A stretch of 64,000 nt of DNA from NCBI GenBank assembly GCA_951406725.2, contig OX597824.1:61194001-61258000 (forward strand), given 5' to 3'. Below, one piece after another: positions 51,545 through 64,000 of this stretch. Under the pieces are notes generated by a model that was not told the DNA's origin, did no database searches, and saw only the letters and a program-made list of their open reading frames with translations. This stretch comes from Octopus vulgaris (lineage: Eukaryota). Within the stretch, counting starts at the first letter, position 1. Each line of letters begins with the position of its first letter. The translations under genes were made by a program, and so were the position numbers.

Positions 51545-51995
51545 TGGATGTGACCGTTGTAAAAAATTAATTGATCATCCGGGTTCGTATACTAATGGCA
51601 GTGGCCGTTGCAAGATCTGCATCGTGGGGAGAGCCTATATTCTTAATGACAATAAGAAATCTGGCGCATTAAGCAGCCGTAAAGAAGTGTTTTCTAAATG
51701 TATCCGCTTCAAGTACTACTTACTGGAAAATTGGATCTCCCCATTTGTTAGTTAGGCCTCTTCGGGTCTATAAGGGTTCCCACCCACTTTGATTGAGGGA
51801 GATAACCCGTCTTCATTATCGGTTTTTTGTTAAGACGTATTCCTCAAGTTCTGAGTGTTTCCTCACGTCTGCGACGTAGATATTTTAAATCTTGTATTTA
51901 TATAGTCTGACGCTGACGAGCTGTCCACAAGGCTTTGCTTTGTGGATGCGAAACCATGGGTAACTCTATGTCCAAGGTATAAACTTTTTGTTGTA
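51545..51995 (+). mobile_element. PLE 3' end (endonuclease C-terminus + pLTR with hammerhead 51904-51965)
   Basis: LIDHPGSYTNGSGRCKIC...LSSRKEVFSKC..KYYLL*; then AGT-(CTGACG)CTGACGA-GC..TCCACAA..TTGTGGA.GC-GAAA-CCATGGGTA-ACT. Confidence 0.8.
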
Positions 51996-52149
51996 ATATA
52001 TATATATATAATAATGTGTGTGTGTTTGTATGCGTGTGTATCAATGAACTTACGAAAACAAAAAAAAACAAAAGAAAGAAGAAGTGTCAGCCTTCAATCC
52101 CAGGAACACCGAAATATAGAAAATCTTAGAAAAACAAGAAATCATCAAA

Positions 52150-53500
52150 AGCAAAAGGCAGTCCATAACATTAAAACTCATTCTCATTGGAGCAAAATCA
52201 CACAAAGAAACCCCAAACTCAACGGTCACAAAATGCGGGAGAACAAATTGCGGTACATGCCTTTACCTAATTGATGGACCAGAATTTAAATTCAAAGATA
52301 GCCAAACCTTCAAAGTCAAAGTCCAATTTCACCTGCAACACGGAAATCCTGATCTACGTAATCACATGCAATGGTTGCCAACATAATTACATAGGTCAGA
52401 CGGGTGGATCGTTACGCAACAGAATGACGACCCATCGTCAGCAGATCCGAGACAAAACCACAAGGAAAATTCCTTTAAGTAACCACATTGCAACATGTAC
52501 AGGAATGGCTTTACCTAATTTCAAAATATTTCCCCTCTACAAGTGCTCAGATTCCTTCAATCAACAACAAAGACTAAACCACAATTAAATATAGACCCAA
52601 CCACAACTAATATATAAGAACAGACACTTAATTCTAAACAATTTTCAACAATTTATACATATAATTTTATAAAAATACTTCCCATCATCTCCTAAGTCTT
52701 TTTTCCATATACATATATGCCAGCACACACACATAAACGCACACACACACACAAACACACTCATACAAGCACACACGCACAGGCAAACATCCACACATAC
52801 ACAAAAAAGAAAACATCACAAAAAATACACACAAGTACACGCACACACACAACTTTATATATACACAAACATACACACAAACACACATATATACACACAT
52901 TCACAAAAAAAATCACAAAAACACACATACACACAGCTCGTGACCACACATTTACAGGTGGAACCACCCCAAAGAATGCATCTAATCCAAAGAAAAATCC
53001 TAATTCTTTTTTTCAACAAGAGAAATTCTTCACAACATACACACCCATCAACTCACAGCTGGCCATTTTCCAAAATATATTGAAAGACATTCAATAGAAT
53101 ACACACACACAAGTGGACATAAAACCCATTCAATTCATGCTTTTTAGCCACTACCTTGACAGGAACGCACAAAGATTTCTTTTAGGTAATAGACATCTCT
53201 TCTCTCACTCTCTAACACTTTGAACTCTACACCAAACTATATTTAAAGAAATCTTCAGCGAAAAATCTCCAGACATGTTCTTGACCACCAGACAGAAGAT
53301 AGACTGTTTTTACTTCAAAGTTTTCAAATTTTTTATAAATTTTTAATAATATTTGATAAGATGAAAAACATCGAAACCGGTAACATTAGTATTTTTATTT
53401 ATATAATCTTTTATTAAATTCTCTCTTATACTGAAATGTCTATTTCCACCTCCATCTTTTTTATATATAAAAATTTGATTTGTATAGATCTCTAATATTT
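52150..53500 (+). mobile_element. Penelope-like element 3 (GIY-YIG + 3' UTR)
   Basis: KCGRTNCGTC; FTCNTEILIYVITCNGCQHNYIGQTGGSLRNRMTTHRQQI...LSNHI; same architecture as PLE1. Confidence 0.88.
53347..53388 (+). ncRNA. Minimal type I hammerhead, U3-A8 variant
   Basis: TAATAT-TTGATAA-GATG aaaaa CATC-GAAA-CCGGTA-ACATTA. Confidence 0.7.
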
Positions 53501-53504
53501 TTTC

Positions 53505-53596
<92 letters not shown>

Positions 53597-55494
53597 ACTT
53601 TTAAACGCTCTAAATATATAAATGTAATTCAGGATACTGTACAGAAAAGAACGAAAGGCAACAAAAAAATGCTAGTAGAATTATAGCTACTTTTTTTCAA
53701 TTCAGGTTGGTCTACAACCACAAAACAGCCAATAGTTATACTCTCCGCCCAAACGTTCCCTTTACTACTGTTTCAATTTTGAATTGGGTTTAGACGTCTC
53801 CTACATTAGTTATATCTGTCGTAAGCTGCAAAGCATCTAATTCTCAAGTTATCACATCTAGCAACCCTGAGTCAATCGTTCAACTTCTGTATCTTGAAAT
53901 TTACCGTCTTTTTCCTACTGTTCCAATAGTTTCTTTTTTTTTGCTTAGCAGTAAATAACCTCATTCGAGCAGAGTTATAACTATCTTGGCCTTTTCCCAC
54001 CCACATATCAACAAGTATATCGTGTTTTTTTTTCTTGTTTCAAGATAGCAGAGTATGATATGAATGAGATTGGCTACTATTCCTAGCTAGAGGAATGACT
54101 ACTTGTGAAGTTCTTTGTAATCAACATTGTTCCAACTTTTATTGTCGTCGCTCTACTTTTGATTTTCTTGTGTGTACATATGCCGTGTACTGTAGAACTT
54201 GTACAATTGATCATCATACTTCTACAGCTGATTCCATTGCAAAACTTATTTTGTGAATCATGTTACATTACCTGTTCTTGTGCATTCCAATTCAGAGCTT
54301 GTGCGATCAACTGTAGAATTTGTGCAGTCCATTTCAGAACTGGTGCAGTTATTGCAGAATATGTGCATTCCATTGCAGATTGCGTGCTGTAGATTCTGTG
54401 ACCTATATGATACTGGATGTGTGCAGCTTTTCCTGTTACCTGCACTTGTGCAGTTTCACTATTGTCTTTCATTCTTACCTAATCAAGAATAACACACCTG
54501 CCTATAGCGCTCTCCATTATTGCTGTTGTTGTTATCATTGCTGCTGTTGTCACTGTTTTGCTGTTGCTTTTGTTGTTGTTGCTGTTGCTTTTGTTGTTGT
54601 TGCTGTTGTTGTTATTTGGTTTCAGCTCAGCTCTGACCGATCTGACCTCTGACATGTAGGTAGGTAGGTAGACGAAGCTCCTGTCTCGAGTGTCGACTTT
54701 CCATTGCTGATTTAAAGTTCCAACCGAGACCATCCGTCTTCTTCCTGCTTAATGTACCCAGAATTACAGTATTCAAATATGTTTCTTCGTTCTTTTAAAG
54801 ACGGTAGGGTGTGATTTGACTGAGTGGCCGCATAGATTCTCTCATAGGTTGTCTGCCCATTGTTATGATGTAGTTGATTTATTTTTCTCAGCCATTGTTG
54901 TGATTACTTTTACAGTTACTCTGGCAGTTAAAATGCAGTTGTTATTGCCGTCAGCAGTAGTTGTTGTTTTTGTTGACGTCGTCGTCGTTGTTGTCGTTGA
55001 CGTCAACAGCGTTGCTATAATTAGTGTGCAGACAATTGAGACTTTAAAACCAAAGTATTGTTATCATCAGGCTCTTCTCTTCTTACTGTTGTCGCTAACT
55101 CAAAGATTAATGGTTACATCGCAATAAAACAGTGAAGTGGTCAGCATTTGTTTTCTTTATGGCTCACCAACAATGTTAGCAGTCGATAATAAAATTTAGC
55201 AGAAAAAATAAAAACCAACAACGACAATCACATGCAATAACAATAACAAATAAAGAGAACAACATTCACGAATGATGGCTTTTATATTGATACAAATCTC
55301 AACTAAAGTCCTTGGATAATTATGCACAAAAACGCGGAGAATATTTTCCTGGCTTATAAGTTTTTTCCTTTTTTTTTTCTTTTCAAATTTCGCTGCATTC
55401 TCTTCACTTTCAATCCAAAGTATACGAAGTTTGAAGTGATTAGAGTTTACAATATTCAACAAGTACAAGAAAATAGCAGCGGTAGTAACAACAG

Positions 55495-55790
55495 TGGAGG
55501 CGCAATGGCCCAGTGGTTAGGGTAGTGGACTCACGGTCAGAGGATCATAGTTTCGATTTCCAGACCGGGCGTTGTGTGTGTTGATTGAGCGAAAACACCT
55601 AAAGCTCCACGAGGGTGGCGACCCCTGTTGTACTCTTTCGCCCCGACTTTCTCTCACTCTTTCTTCCTGTTTCTTGAATAACACTGCGATGGACTGGTGT
55701 CCCGTACAGCTGAGGGTGGGGGGACACATACGCCATAGAAACCGGGAAACCGGGCCCATGAGCCTGGCTAGGCTTGAAAAGGGCGTAAAA
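55495..55790 (+). mobile_element. Family C SINE
   Basis: GGAGGCGCAATGGCCCAGTGGTTAGG...TTTCGATTTCCAGACCGGGCG. Confidence 0.88.
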
Positions 55791-55924
55791 GAAAAAAAGT
55801 AACAACAGCAGCAGCAGCAGCAACAACAACAAAAGCAACAATAACAACGAAAGTAGCAGCAAAAGCAACAACAGGAACAAGAACGGTAACAAAATTAGCA
55901 GTAACAACAATAATAATCTTTTCT

Positions 55925-56660
55925 GCTTTAGAAACAAGGCCTGAAATTTCAGTAGAGGGGACAAGTCGGTTACATTGATACCAGCACTGAACCGGTACTT
56001 ATTTTATCGAACCGAAAAAATAAAAGGCGAAATCGACTTCGGCAGAATTTGTTCTCAGAATGTAAAGACGGACGAAATATCGCTTAACATTTTGCCTGGC
56101 GTGCTAACGAGTCTGTCAGCTCGCCACCTTAAAAAAAACAACAACAATAAATAATAATCCTTTCTATTATAGGCACAAGGCCCGAAGCATTAGGGGAGGA
56201 GACTAGTCGATTACATCGACTCCAGAATTTCACTGGTACTTAATTTATCAACGCCAAAAGGATCAAAGGCAAAGTCGATCTCGACGCAATTTGAACCCAG
56301 AACGTAGCGAGGAGCGAAATACTGCTAAGCATTTCGTCAAGCGTGCTAACAACTCTGCCAGTTCACTGTCTTAGCAATAACAACAATAATAATGCTTTCT
56401 ACAATAGTCACATGCCCTGAAAACAGCAATAAAAATAACGCTGTCAAATTTACGCAGGAATCCATCAATTCTGAGGGAAGGTGGCGGGGGGGGGGGGTAA
56501 TCAATACCATGGACTCCAGTAGTTCACTGGTAGTTTATTTTAACCGACCCCGAAACGATGAATGGCAAAGTTGACCTCAGTCGGATTTGAACTCTGAAAG
56601 TAAAGAGCGGGAAGAAATAATGCAAGAGATTTTCACCACTCTGACGATTCTGCCAGTATT
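55925..56660 (-). mobile_element. Three tandem family A SINEs
   Basis: Copies at ~55925-56131, 56160-56372 and 56480-56660, separated by (AAC/AAT) linkers. Confidence 0.8.
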
Positions 56661-56702
56661 CTCCTCCTCCTCCTCCTACTACTACTACTGTTGCTGCTGC
56701 TG

Positions 56703-56753
<51 letters not shown>

Positions 56754-57096
56754 CACCACCACCACCTACTCTTCTTCCTTTCTCCACCTGATCATTATTA
56801 TCATCCTTGTTGTTGTCGCCGTCGTCTTGATCACCGGCGTAACCACAACCACCAGCACCAGCAGAAGCAGCAGCAGCACCACCACCACCACCATCGCCAT
56901 AATCAAACAATAAGAAATATGAAATAAAGGCGGGGATAATGGGGATGAGGATTAGGGTTGGAAATCATAAATTATAAAACTTGGGAAGAATGAAATATGA
57001 CAAGAGATGCACCGAAGATAATTACATTTATTAATTCAGTTTGATAAAAGTAATTCTGCCATAAATAAATAAATAAAAAAAGTTAATAACAATGAA

Positions 57097-57127
<31 letters not shown>

Positions 57128-57524
57128 TAAATAAATAAAAAAGTTAATAATAATAATATATAAATAAAAAAGCTAATCATAATAAATAAATAAACGAATG
57201 AATAAATAAATAAAAATAACAATAATAGTAATAAATAAATAAATATATAAATAAATAATAAAGAAAGAAAAATACAAAAGCAATCCGAAAAAAGTGTAAA
57301 TGGTGAGAGTGAATTTTGTATGAATTTCATGTAGAAATATGTTTATTTGTTTATTTATTTTGTGTTTAAGCTGTCGTTAGTAATAATGGTTATAATAGGG
57401 AAATAGATTAATAGCAAGTTATTATTATAGCATTTTTAATCAAGAAAAGAAGCCACACCGACAACCACCATCACCATCACTATAAAGGAGTCAACGAGGG
57501 AGCCTTTACGTGGTGTCAGAAACG

Positions 57525-57876
57525 TGGAGGCACAATGGCTCAGTGGTTAGGGAAGCGGACTTGCGGTCGTTTCGATTCCCAGACCGGACGTTGTGAGTGT
57601 TTATTGAGCGAAAACACATATAACTCCACGAGGCTCCGGTAGGGGGTGGTGGCAAACCCTGCTCTACTCTTTCACTACAGCTTTCTCTCACTCTTTCTTC
57701 CTGTTTCTGTTGTACCTGTATTTTCCAAGGTCCAGCCTTGTCATACTCTGTGTCACGCTGAATCTCTCCGAGAATTACGTTAAGGGTACACATGTCTGTG
57801 GAGTACTCAGCAGCTTGCACCTTAATTTCCCGAGCAGGCTGTTCCGTTGATCGGATCAACTGGAACCCTCGACGTC
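57525..57876 (+). mobile_element. Family C SINE (long subfamily)
   Basis: GGAGGCACAATGGCTCAGTGGTTAGG head; GGTGTCAGAAA occurs on both flanks (possible TSD). Confidence 0.88.
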
Positions 57877-58538
57877 GGTGTCAGAAATAGCAGCCACCCT
57901 CTCTCAGATACCATCCAGCCGTCTTACAAAAGTTTTTCTAGAAAGTTAAATATCCTCTGAGATTCAGCACGGAAAATTACATCAACACAACAAATTAAAA
58001 AATTCTCACTCAACTTTAAAATGTCCACAGGTGTAACCAAACAAAAGATCCGAACAGTTTTTATGATCTGGGCTGCTGGGTTTCTAGCACATAAGAGAAA
58101 AGTGATGGTCACAGTCAGAATGTCTTTGGTCGCAAAAGTTCTGCTCGATCGAAGCCGGTTGAGGCTTAAACAACATATGCTACAAAATGCTATCTTCTAC
58201 CGCTATAACCTCCACTACTACTGTTGAACGTTTGACTGCAGGGGTTCATGCCAGTAGTCACGTGTTAATTTTTTTGATGTGTATGTGTTATTTGTGTACT
58301 TATTTGATCACAACAAACAAATCTAGAGATGGAAAAAGAACTCTATATGAATTCAACCGGTATATAAGAAAGAACATAAACGCAAGTATATTTAATTCGT
58401 GAAAATGAGACTGCGAAAGTCTGGAAACGTCGAATGTGAATTCAGGAAATCTATTGTTGCAAACTGACAATAAAAAACACTAAGAAAATACGCAAAGGCG
58501 AAATAAAAAAAAACAACAACATGAAACGATAAGACTTG

Positions 58539-58643
<105 letters not shown>

Positions 58644-59234
58644 GCACACATACACACATGCACACACACACACACACATTCGAATTAGAGCATATGAGGG
58701 CTATCATAAGTGTGTGGTATAAGGAAATAATTATCAGGAAATGGCAACACAATTTATTGCATTATGTGCGTGTGTGTGTATTTGTGTGTGTATGTGTGTG
58801 TGTATGTGTGTGTGTGTGTCTACGTGCGTATCGGTAGATAAAAAAATAAATAGATATTTAATACATGCAAACATGTACATATGTATGTATGCATGTATGT
58901 ATGTATGTGTGTATGTATGTATCTATCTATACGTACACACACGCACACACAATGCAATGATTTGTGTTGCCATGTCCTGATATTTATCTCCTTATACTAC
59001 TCATTTATGATCACCCTCATATTCTCTAAGTTGATGGCAGTAATTTTACAGTATACTTTGAAATTTTGGATTACTATACCCACCACCCCACATAATAATA
59101 TCTTTCATACAACGCTTTAGCAAAGAGCTCAATAAAAATGAACATATTCAAGTTTAGAGCGATACTATGAGAATATACAATGATACTTGGAAGTAAAAAA
59201 TAAGATGCACACATGTCAAAATAGATAAAGACAT

Positions 59235-59444
59235 ATTCTTTTATTCTTTTACTTGTTTCAGTCATTTGACTGCGGCCATGCTGGAGCACCGCCTTTAGTC
59301 GAGCAAATCGACCCCGGGACTTATTCTTTGTAAGCCCAGTACTTGTTCTATCGGTCTCATTTGCCGAACCGCTTGGTGACGGGGACGTAAACACACCAGC
59401 ATCGGTTGTCAAGCAATGCTAGGGGGACAAACACAGACATACAA

Positions 59445-59477
<33 letters not shown>

Positions 59478-59640
59478 CATATATACGACAGGCTTCTTTC
59501 AGTTTCCGTCTACCAAATCCACTCACAAGGCATTGGTCGGCCCGGGGCTATAGCAGAAGACACTTGCCTAAGATGCCACGCAGTGGGACTGAACCCGGAA
59601 CCATGTGGTTGGTAAGCAAGCTACTTAACACACAGCCACT
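59235..59640 (-). mobile_element. Family B SINE (full length)
   Basis: Reverse complement of 3097-3498. Confidence 0.92.
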
Positions 59641-61613
59641 CATTATATTTCCTCAGACATGAATCAAGTTTTTAGAGAACAGAAACATAGAGACTCCTTT
59701 TCGTCCTGAGATTTTTACTCAATATTTTGATCGTTTCGTTATATACCAACTTTGCTTTCTGGCAGCCTCAAGGAGGATATAATAAGAACTTTTTCTTAAT
59801 AGGCCGTCTGCTTTCCGCTGATGTCGGAGTTGTACTTTTGTATATGCTTTCAAAGAACATGATTAATCTCTGGGGGAAATACGTAGAATATATCAATATT
59901 TTTATTGAGATTTATTTACCCTGTTGTTATTTCAATAGTCATTTCGATGTTCTAACGCTTTCAATGTTTCTTTTGATTACGGGTATAATTTGAACTGAAT
60001 AAGGACTATTTTCAGCTCAACAAACTATGATAAATTATCTTACTCTTAGCTACATAAATACATCACAAAGCATGTGCATCAAAACCATTTCAGCTTCCTT
60101 CTGATATTATGTATCCCACATAATTTCCTGTATTATGTACAGTCTGTTAGAGTTGAGCGCTACATCCATTCGTTTCTTCAAAAGCTTTATTTTTAAATAA
60201 AACTTGTTATGTCTGATAATGTTATTTAACCAATTACTCTAACCTCTTTCTAACGGAATATCCATTGGCCAATGATAATTTCTGAAGTTTTCTTGTTTTT
60301 CAAGTTGTCTACACAAGAGTGTTATGGCTATTTCTCTGGAACGCGTATTACGAAAATGTAACACTGTTTATTAATCTGCTTATTTGAAAGAGTGTAAGTA
60401 AATATCCAGATAAAATACTATATATTTAATATCCAGATGCAGTACTGTCTATCAATAAGAAATGCTATTATTTAATAAGTTTCTTAATAAGCAGTATAAT
60501 AATAAAGCAAATGAAATGTATATTAATACGTCTTTGATCATAAGTCTGCTCGATGAGGGCTGACCTGGGTTAAACACGACAGCAATCTCAATAGCAGCAA
60601 TTATAACAACAATGTATTATATTCTTTTAATGCTATATAAATAGAGAAAGTCATGGACAGTTAAATTGATAAGATGTCGACTTCCAAGCTGGACAGCCTG
60701 TACTTTCTCTCGAATCGCTTGTATTTTATTCTATTTCTGGTCAAGTCATTTAAATCCCAGTTGTGTAAAAATAGCAGTCAGCAGCAGATATTTTTCAAAA
60801 GCAAAAAGAAAGGCGACATTTAAAGAAATAAACAAAAATATTTGCATAAGATAAAAAGTGAAGTTAATGTAAGCGGTGGGTGGTGGGTCTGTAGATTGAC
60901 ATGGTGCACTTACATTATCGGTTCTTGTGGCCCAAATAGATTTTAAGTTTAGTATGAGGTGAGACGATAAATGAATTAAATCAGGTAAATTAATTTAATC
61001 CTGCATCCTACTATTTCTGGCACCCACACTTCTCCACAAAAGTAATAAAAAAATATACAGTCGTCTTTTTCAAGCGATTATGACAGGAGACACGTGGGGT
61101 GGAAGAGTCGCTGAAGAGGTACTACGTACCATGTCTTCGCTAAATGTTTTAGGTGCTTATATAGTCATGGGTAGGCACAGGTTCCCTTTGAGGCGTCCCT
61201 CCTTTGAACCAGCAAAACATCAAGTCGAGGATATGAGCCAGAAAAAGAGAAAAGGCTGTACCAGCACTGAGCTGTAGCTCCTTTCACATGAGTTCCAAAG
61301 GATAAAAGGCAAAGTGAACGGCAGAAAGATTAGAACTTAGGACACATAGATCCGGAGCACATCACAACGTATGCTTTCCGATGTTCTAACGACTTTGCCA
61401 ACCGACCTCCTTTTGTTAATAGCAACTAAAACTAAATCTCCGCTTCCAACTGTGTGTTGTGCTAATTTTCATCTGTCAATAGGATATTGTAGGCGTTACA
61501 GTTAACTCAAAGCCGTGGTTGGACGCTTAAATAATGAGTTTCGTTGATATGCAATATACATACATACATACAATAAATCCACATATATACATAAAGCCAC
61601 ACATGCACACGCA

Positions 61614-61691
<78 letters not shown>

Positions 61692-62848
61692 CTATATGCT
61701 ATACGAACTGGATGCAAAGAATCAAGCGAAACTGGCTGTCAGGTCTCAAACTTTAATTGTTTTGATTGGTAAATACATGCATACATACTTACGTACATAC
61801 ATACATACATACACACATACATACATACATACATACATACACACATACATACATACATACACACATATATACATACATACATACATACATACATACATAC
61901 ATTTATATATGTATATTTACGATGAAATTTTCTTTCAGGCAAAAATGGTGGAATCATGCTTTTCAATGGTGTACATATATTTCGTATGTCATATATTTAT
62001 TGCGTTAACTGAGTTTTTGCAGCTCGGCAAACTTTCTGCGGTACCAGTGAATGTGGTATTCACCGCTTCTTATATGTCAAAGCACGAATTTCGTCTTAGC
62101 AAGTGACGAGAGCTCAGCATCGACAAGCTCCAATTAGGGTGAAACGCGTCTGTAGCTCTCGTAAGTCACAGCTGCAACGGTGTTCGCCTCACTGCAATAT
62201 AACTTGTGTTTTTAATATATGTCTATGAAGAGCTCTTCTCTCTGACAAAAACTGCAGCAACATGCCTCTCAACGGTTTTTATATATTTAGTATGATACAC
62301 AGATTGCGATTTTAATTTAATGCTGTTTCAATTGCGTCCACAGATACGTGTGTGTGTGCGCGCGTGCGTGTATGTGTGGATTTATATATATGCATGTGTG
62401 TGTGCACGTGCACGCGCGTGTGCATTGATTAACTAGCAGAAAACCATCTGTTGGGAGTTGTATCCTTATTTGTTATTTTTAATGTTGGTTCTGTTCAATA
62501 ACCAGGTGTCTCTAAAGGAAGAATTTACTAATTGAATGGAACGGTTATTTCTCTTTGTAGAATCGATCAGCTTCAAAAATTGAAGAGAATCCAGCTATAT
62601 GATTGGCCGAAGAATTGGGACTTTCTCCTTGATAAATACAAGTCTGTAAGTCATATCACTTTTACTTAACAGATAATTACTTTACAGTCAATCCCTTCCC
62701 TATACGGTAGAGTTAATCCACCTCGGTTTAACATTCCGAACAAAATCTTGGGTGTCTTTTCTAGAGTCCTCCCTGCTGTAAACATCAGGACCAGGTTTTC
62801 AATCTGAATATATCAAGATACATACATACATACATGTGTATATATATG

Positions 62849-62894
<46 letters not shown>

Positions 62895-62944
62895 CATGTA
62901 TATATACATATACATATATATATACATATATATATATATACCAG

Positions 62945-63140
62945 CACGGACTTTGTCAGTGAACAGGTCGCGGATTTTAGCGACGAAAATATTTTGACAA
63001 ATTAAACTTAAATGTTGGAGTGAATCGAACGGCTTTTGTGTGTTTCTTAAATGGCTTATAAACACCTCCCACGCTGCAATTGTTTTCGTTTCAGCACACG
63101 ATCTCAGATCAAATTACTTGCTATGCGAGTACATCTCCGT
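62945..63140 (+). mobile_element. Short dispersed repeat with G3-C8 hammerhead-like motif (62952-63001)
   Basis: TTTGTCA-GTGAACA-G-GTCGC..GCGAC-GAAA-ATATTT-TGACAAA; flanked by (TA)n; homologue at 37585-37785. Confidence 0.7.
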
Positions 63141-63155
63141 AATATATATATATAC

Positions 63156-63210
<55 letters not shown>

Positions 63211-63309
63211 CATGTATATATACATATACATATATATATACATATATATATATATATACATATACATGTATATATACATATACATATATATATACATATA
63301 TATATATAC

Positions 63310-63370
<61 letters not shown>

Positions 63371-63885
63371 CATACATACATATAAATATAAATATATACA
63401 ATCATAACATCGGTCAATGCAGCGAAAAATTGGCATCTTATCTTTATTATTCTTTTTTATTTTACATATGTTATTTTTATTTTCATTTTTATTTTTGATT
63501 TTACTTTACTCTCATTCATTCTTTCCACACCTACCTCATTCTTTACTTGTCTCTCTTTATCCTCTCTCTTCTATCCATTCATTCTCGTTCTATATACCCA
63601 TGTGGACCATTTACATACTAGCTAACCACTTAATCCATTGCTTCATCATGAACACTTCATTCAAAATACTGCCAAAATACTTCCTGGTTTTACATGGTGT
63701 TATACCCAAGGGCCTCTACTTTCATGGAAGTAAGGACTAACCTCCATACCTTCCGGAAAAAGATGACTTGTGAACTTTATTTTCTTGTCTGTATTCTTTT
63801 ATCTACTTTTACTCTTTATTCTTCTAGTTTATTTCTTATAAACTGTGAATTTCCCTGACTAGAACTTTCATACATACTCACCTTA

Positions 63886-63959
63886 TCTCTGATGAAGGAA
63901 TACTCAGTGCACAGATATGCTAGCCTATCACTTGGGATATCCAAGAAACAGGTGTAAGA
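63886..63959 (+). ncRNA. Type I hammerhead motif in a probable PLE pLTR
   Basis: TCT-CTGATGA-AGGAATACTCAGTG...CACTTGGGATATCC-AA-GAAA-CAGGTGTA-AGA, preceded by a pyrimidine-rich 3'UTR-like tract from ~63400. Confidence 0.65.
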
Positions 63960-64000
63960 CTTTAAATTCACTAAATTATTCTAAGTGACTTGAGATACTC

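Noticed and set aside
59725-59800. GAAACGATC hammerhead 3' half on the minus strand
   Set aside because: No matching NUGANNA core or stem I found upstream.
61110-61140. CTGAAGA followed by a GGTAC/GTACC hairpin
   Set aside because: Lacks the GAAA and stem III required for a hammerhead.

Overview
AT-rich, repeat-saturated metazoan genomic DNA, not prokaryotic. The SINE families and microsatellite load point to an Octopus/coleoid cephalopod (inference). Nearly all ORFs in the track are microsatellite artefacts. The window holds (i) one probable host first coding exon (30538-30797, +) followed by a very long intron; (ii) a ~5.4 kb decayed EnSpm/CACTA-like DNA transposon (about 9569-14949) carrying a 4-exon spliced DUF4806-like pseudogene; (iii) several Penelope-like retroelement (PLE) remnants with RT and/or GIY-YIG endonuclease; (iv) R4/Dong-like, Tx1/L1-like and L2/CR1-like LINE fragments; (v) a non-autonomous Helitron, several MITEs and dozens of tRNA-derived SINEs. 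The most striking hidden layer is about a dozen type I hammerhead ribozyme motifs (counting degenerate ones) from several PLE or retrozyme-like families. Some have perfect cores, and some carry compensatory variants of the C3-G8 tertiary pair (U3-A8, G3-C8). All coordinates were read by eye; family names come from recalled motifs, not database searches.
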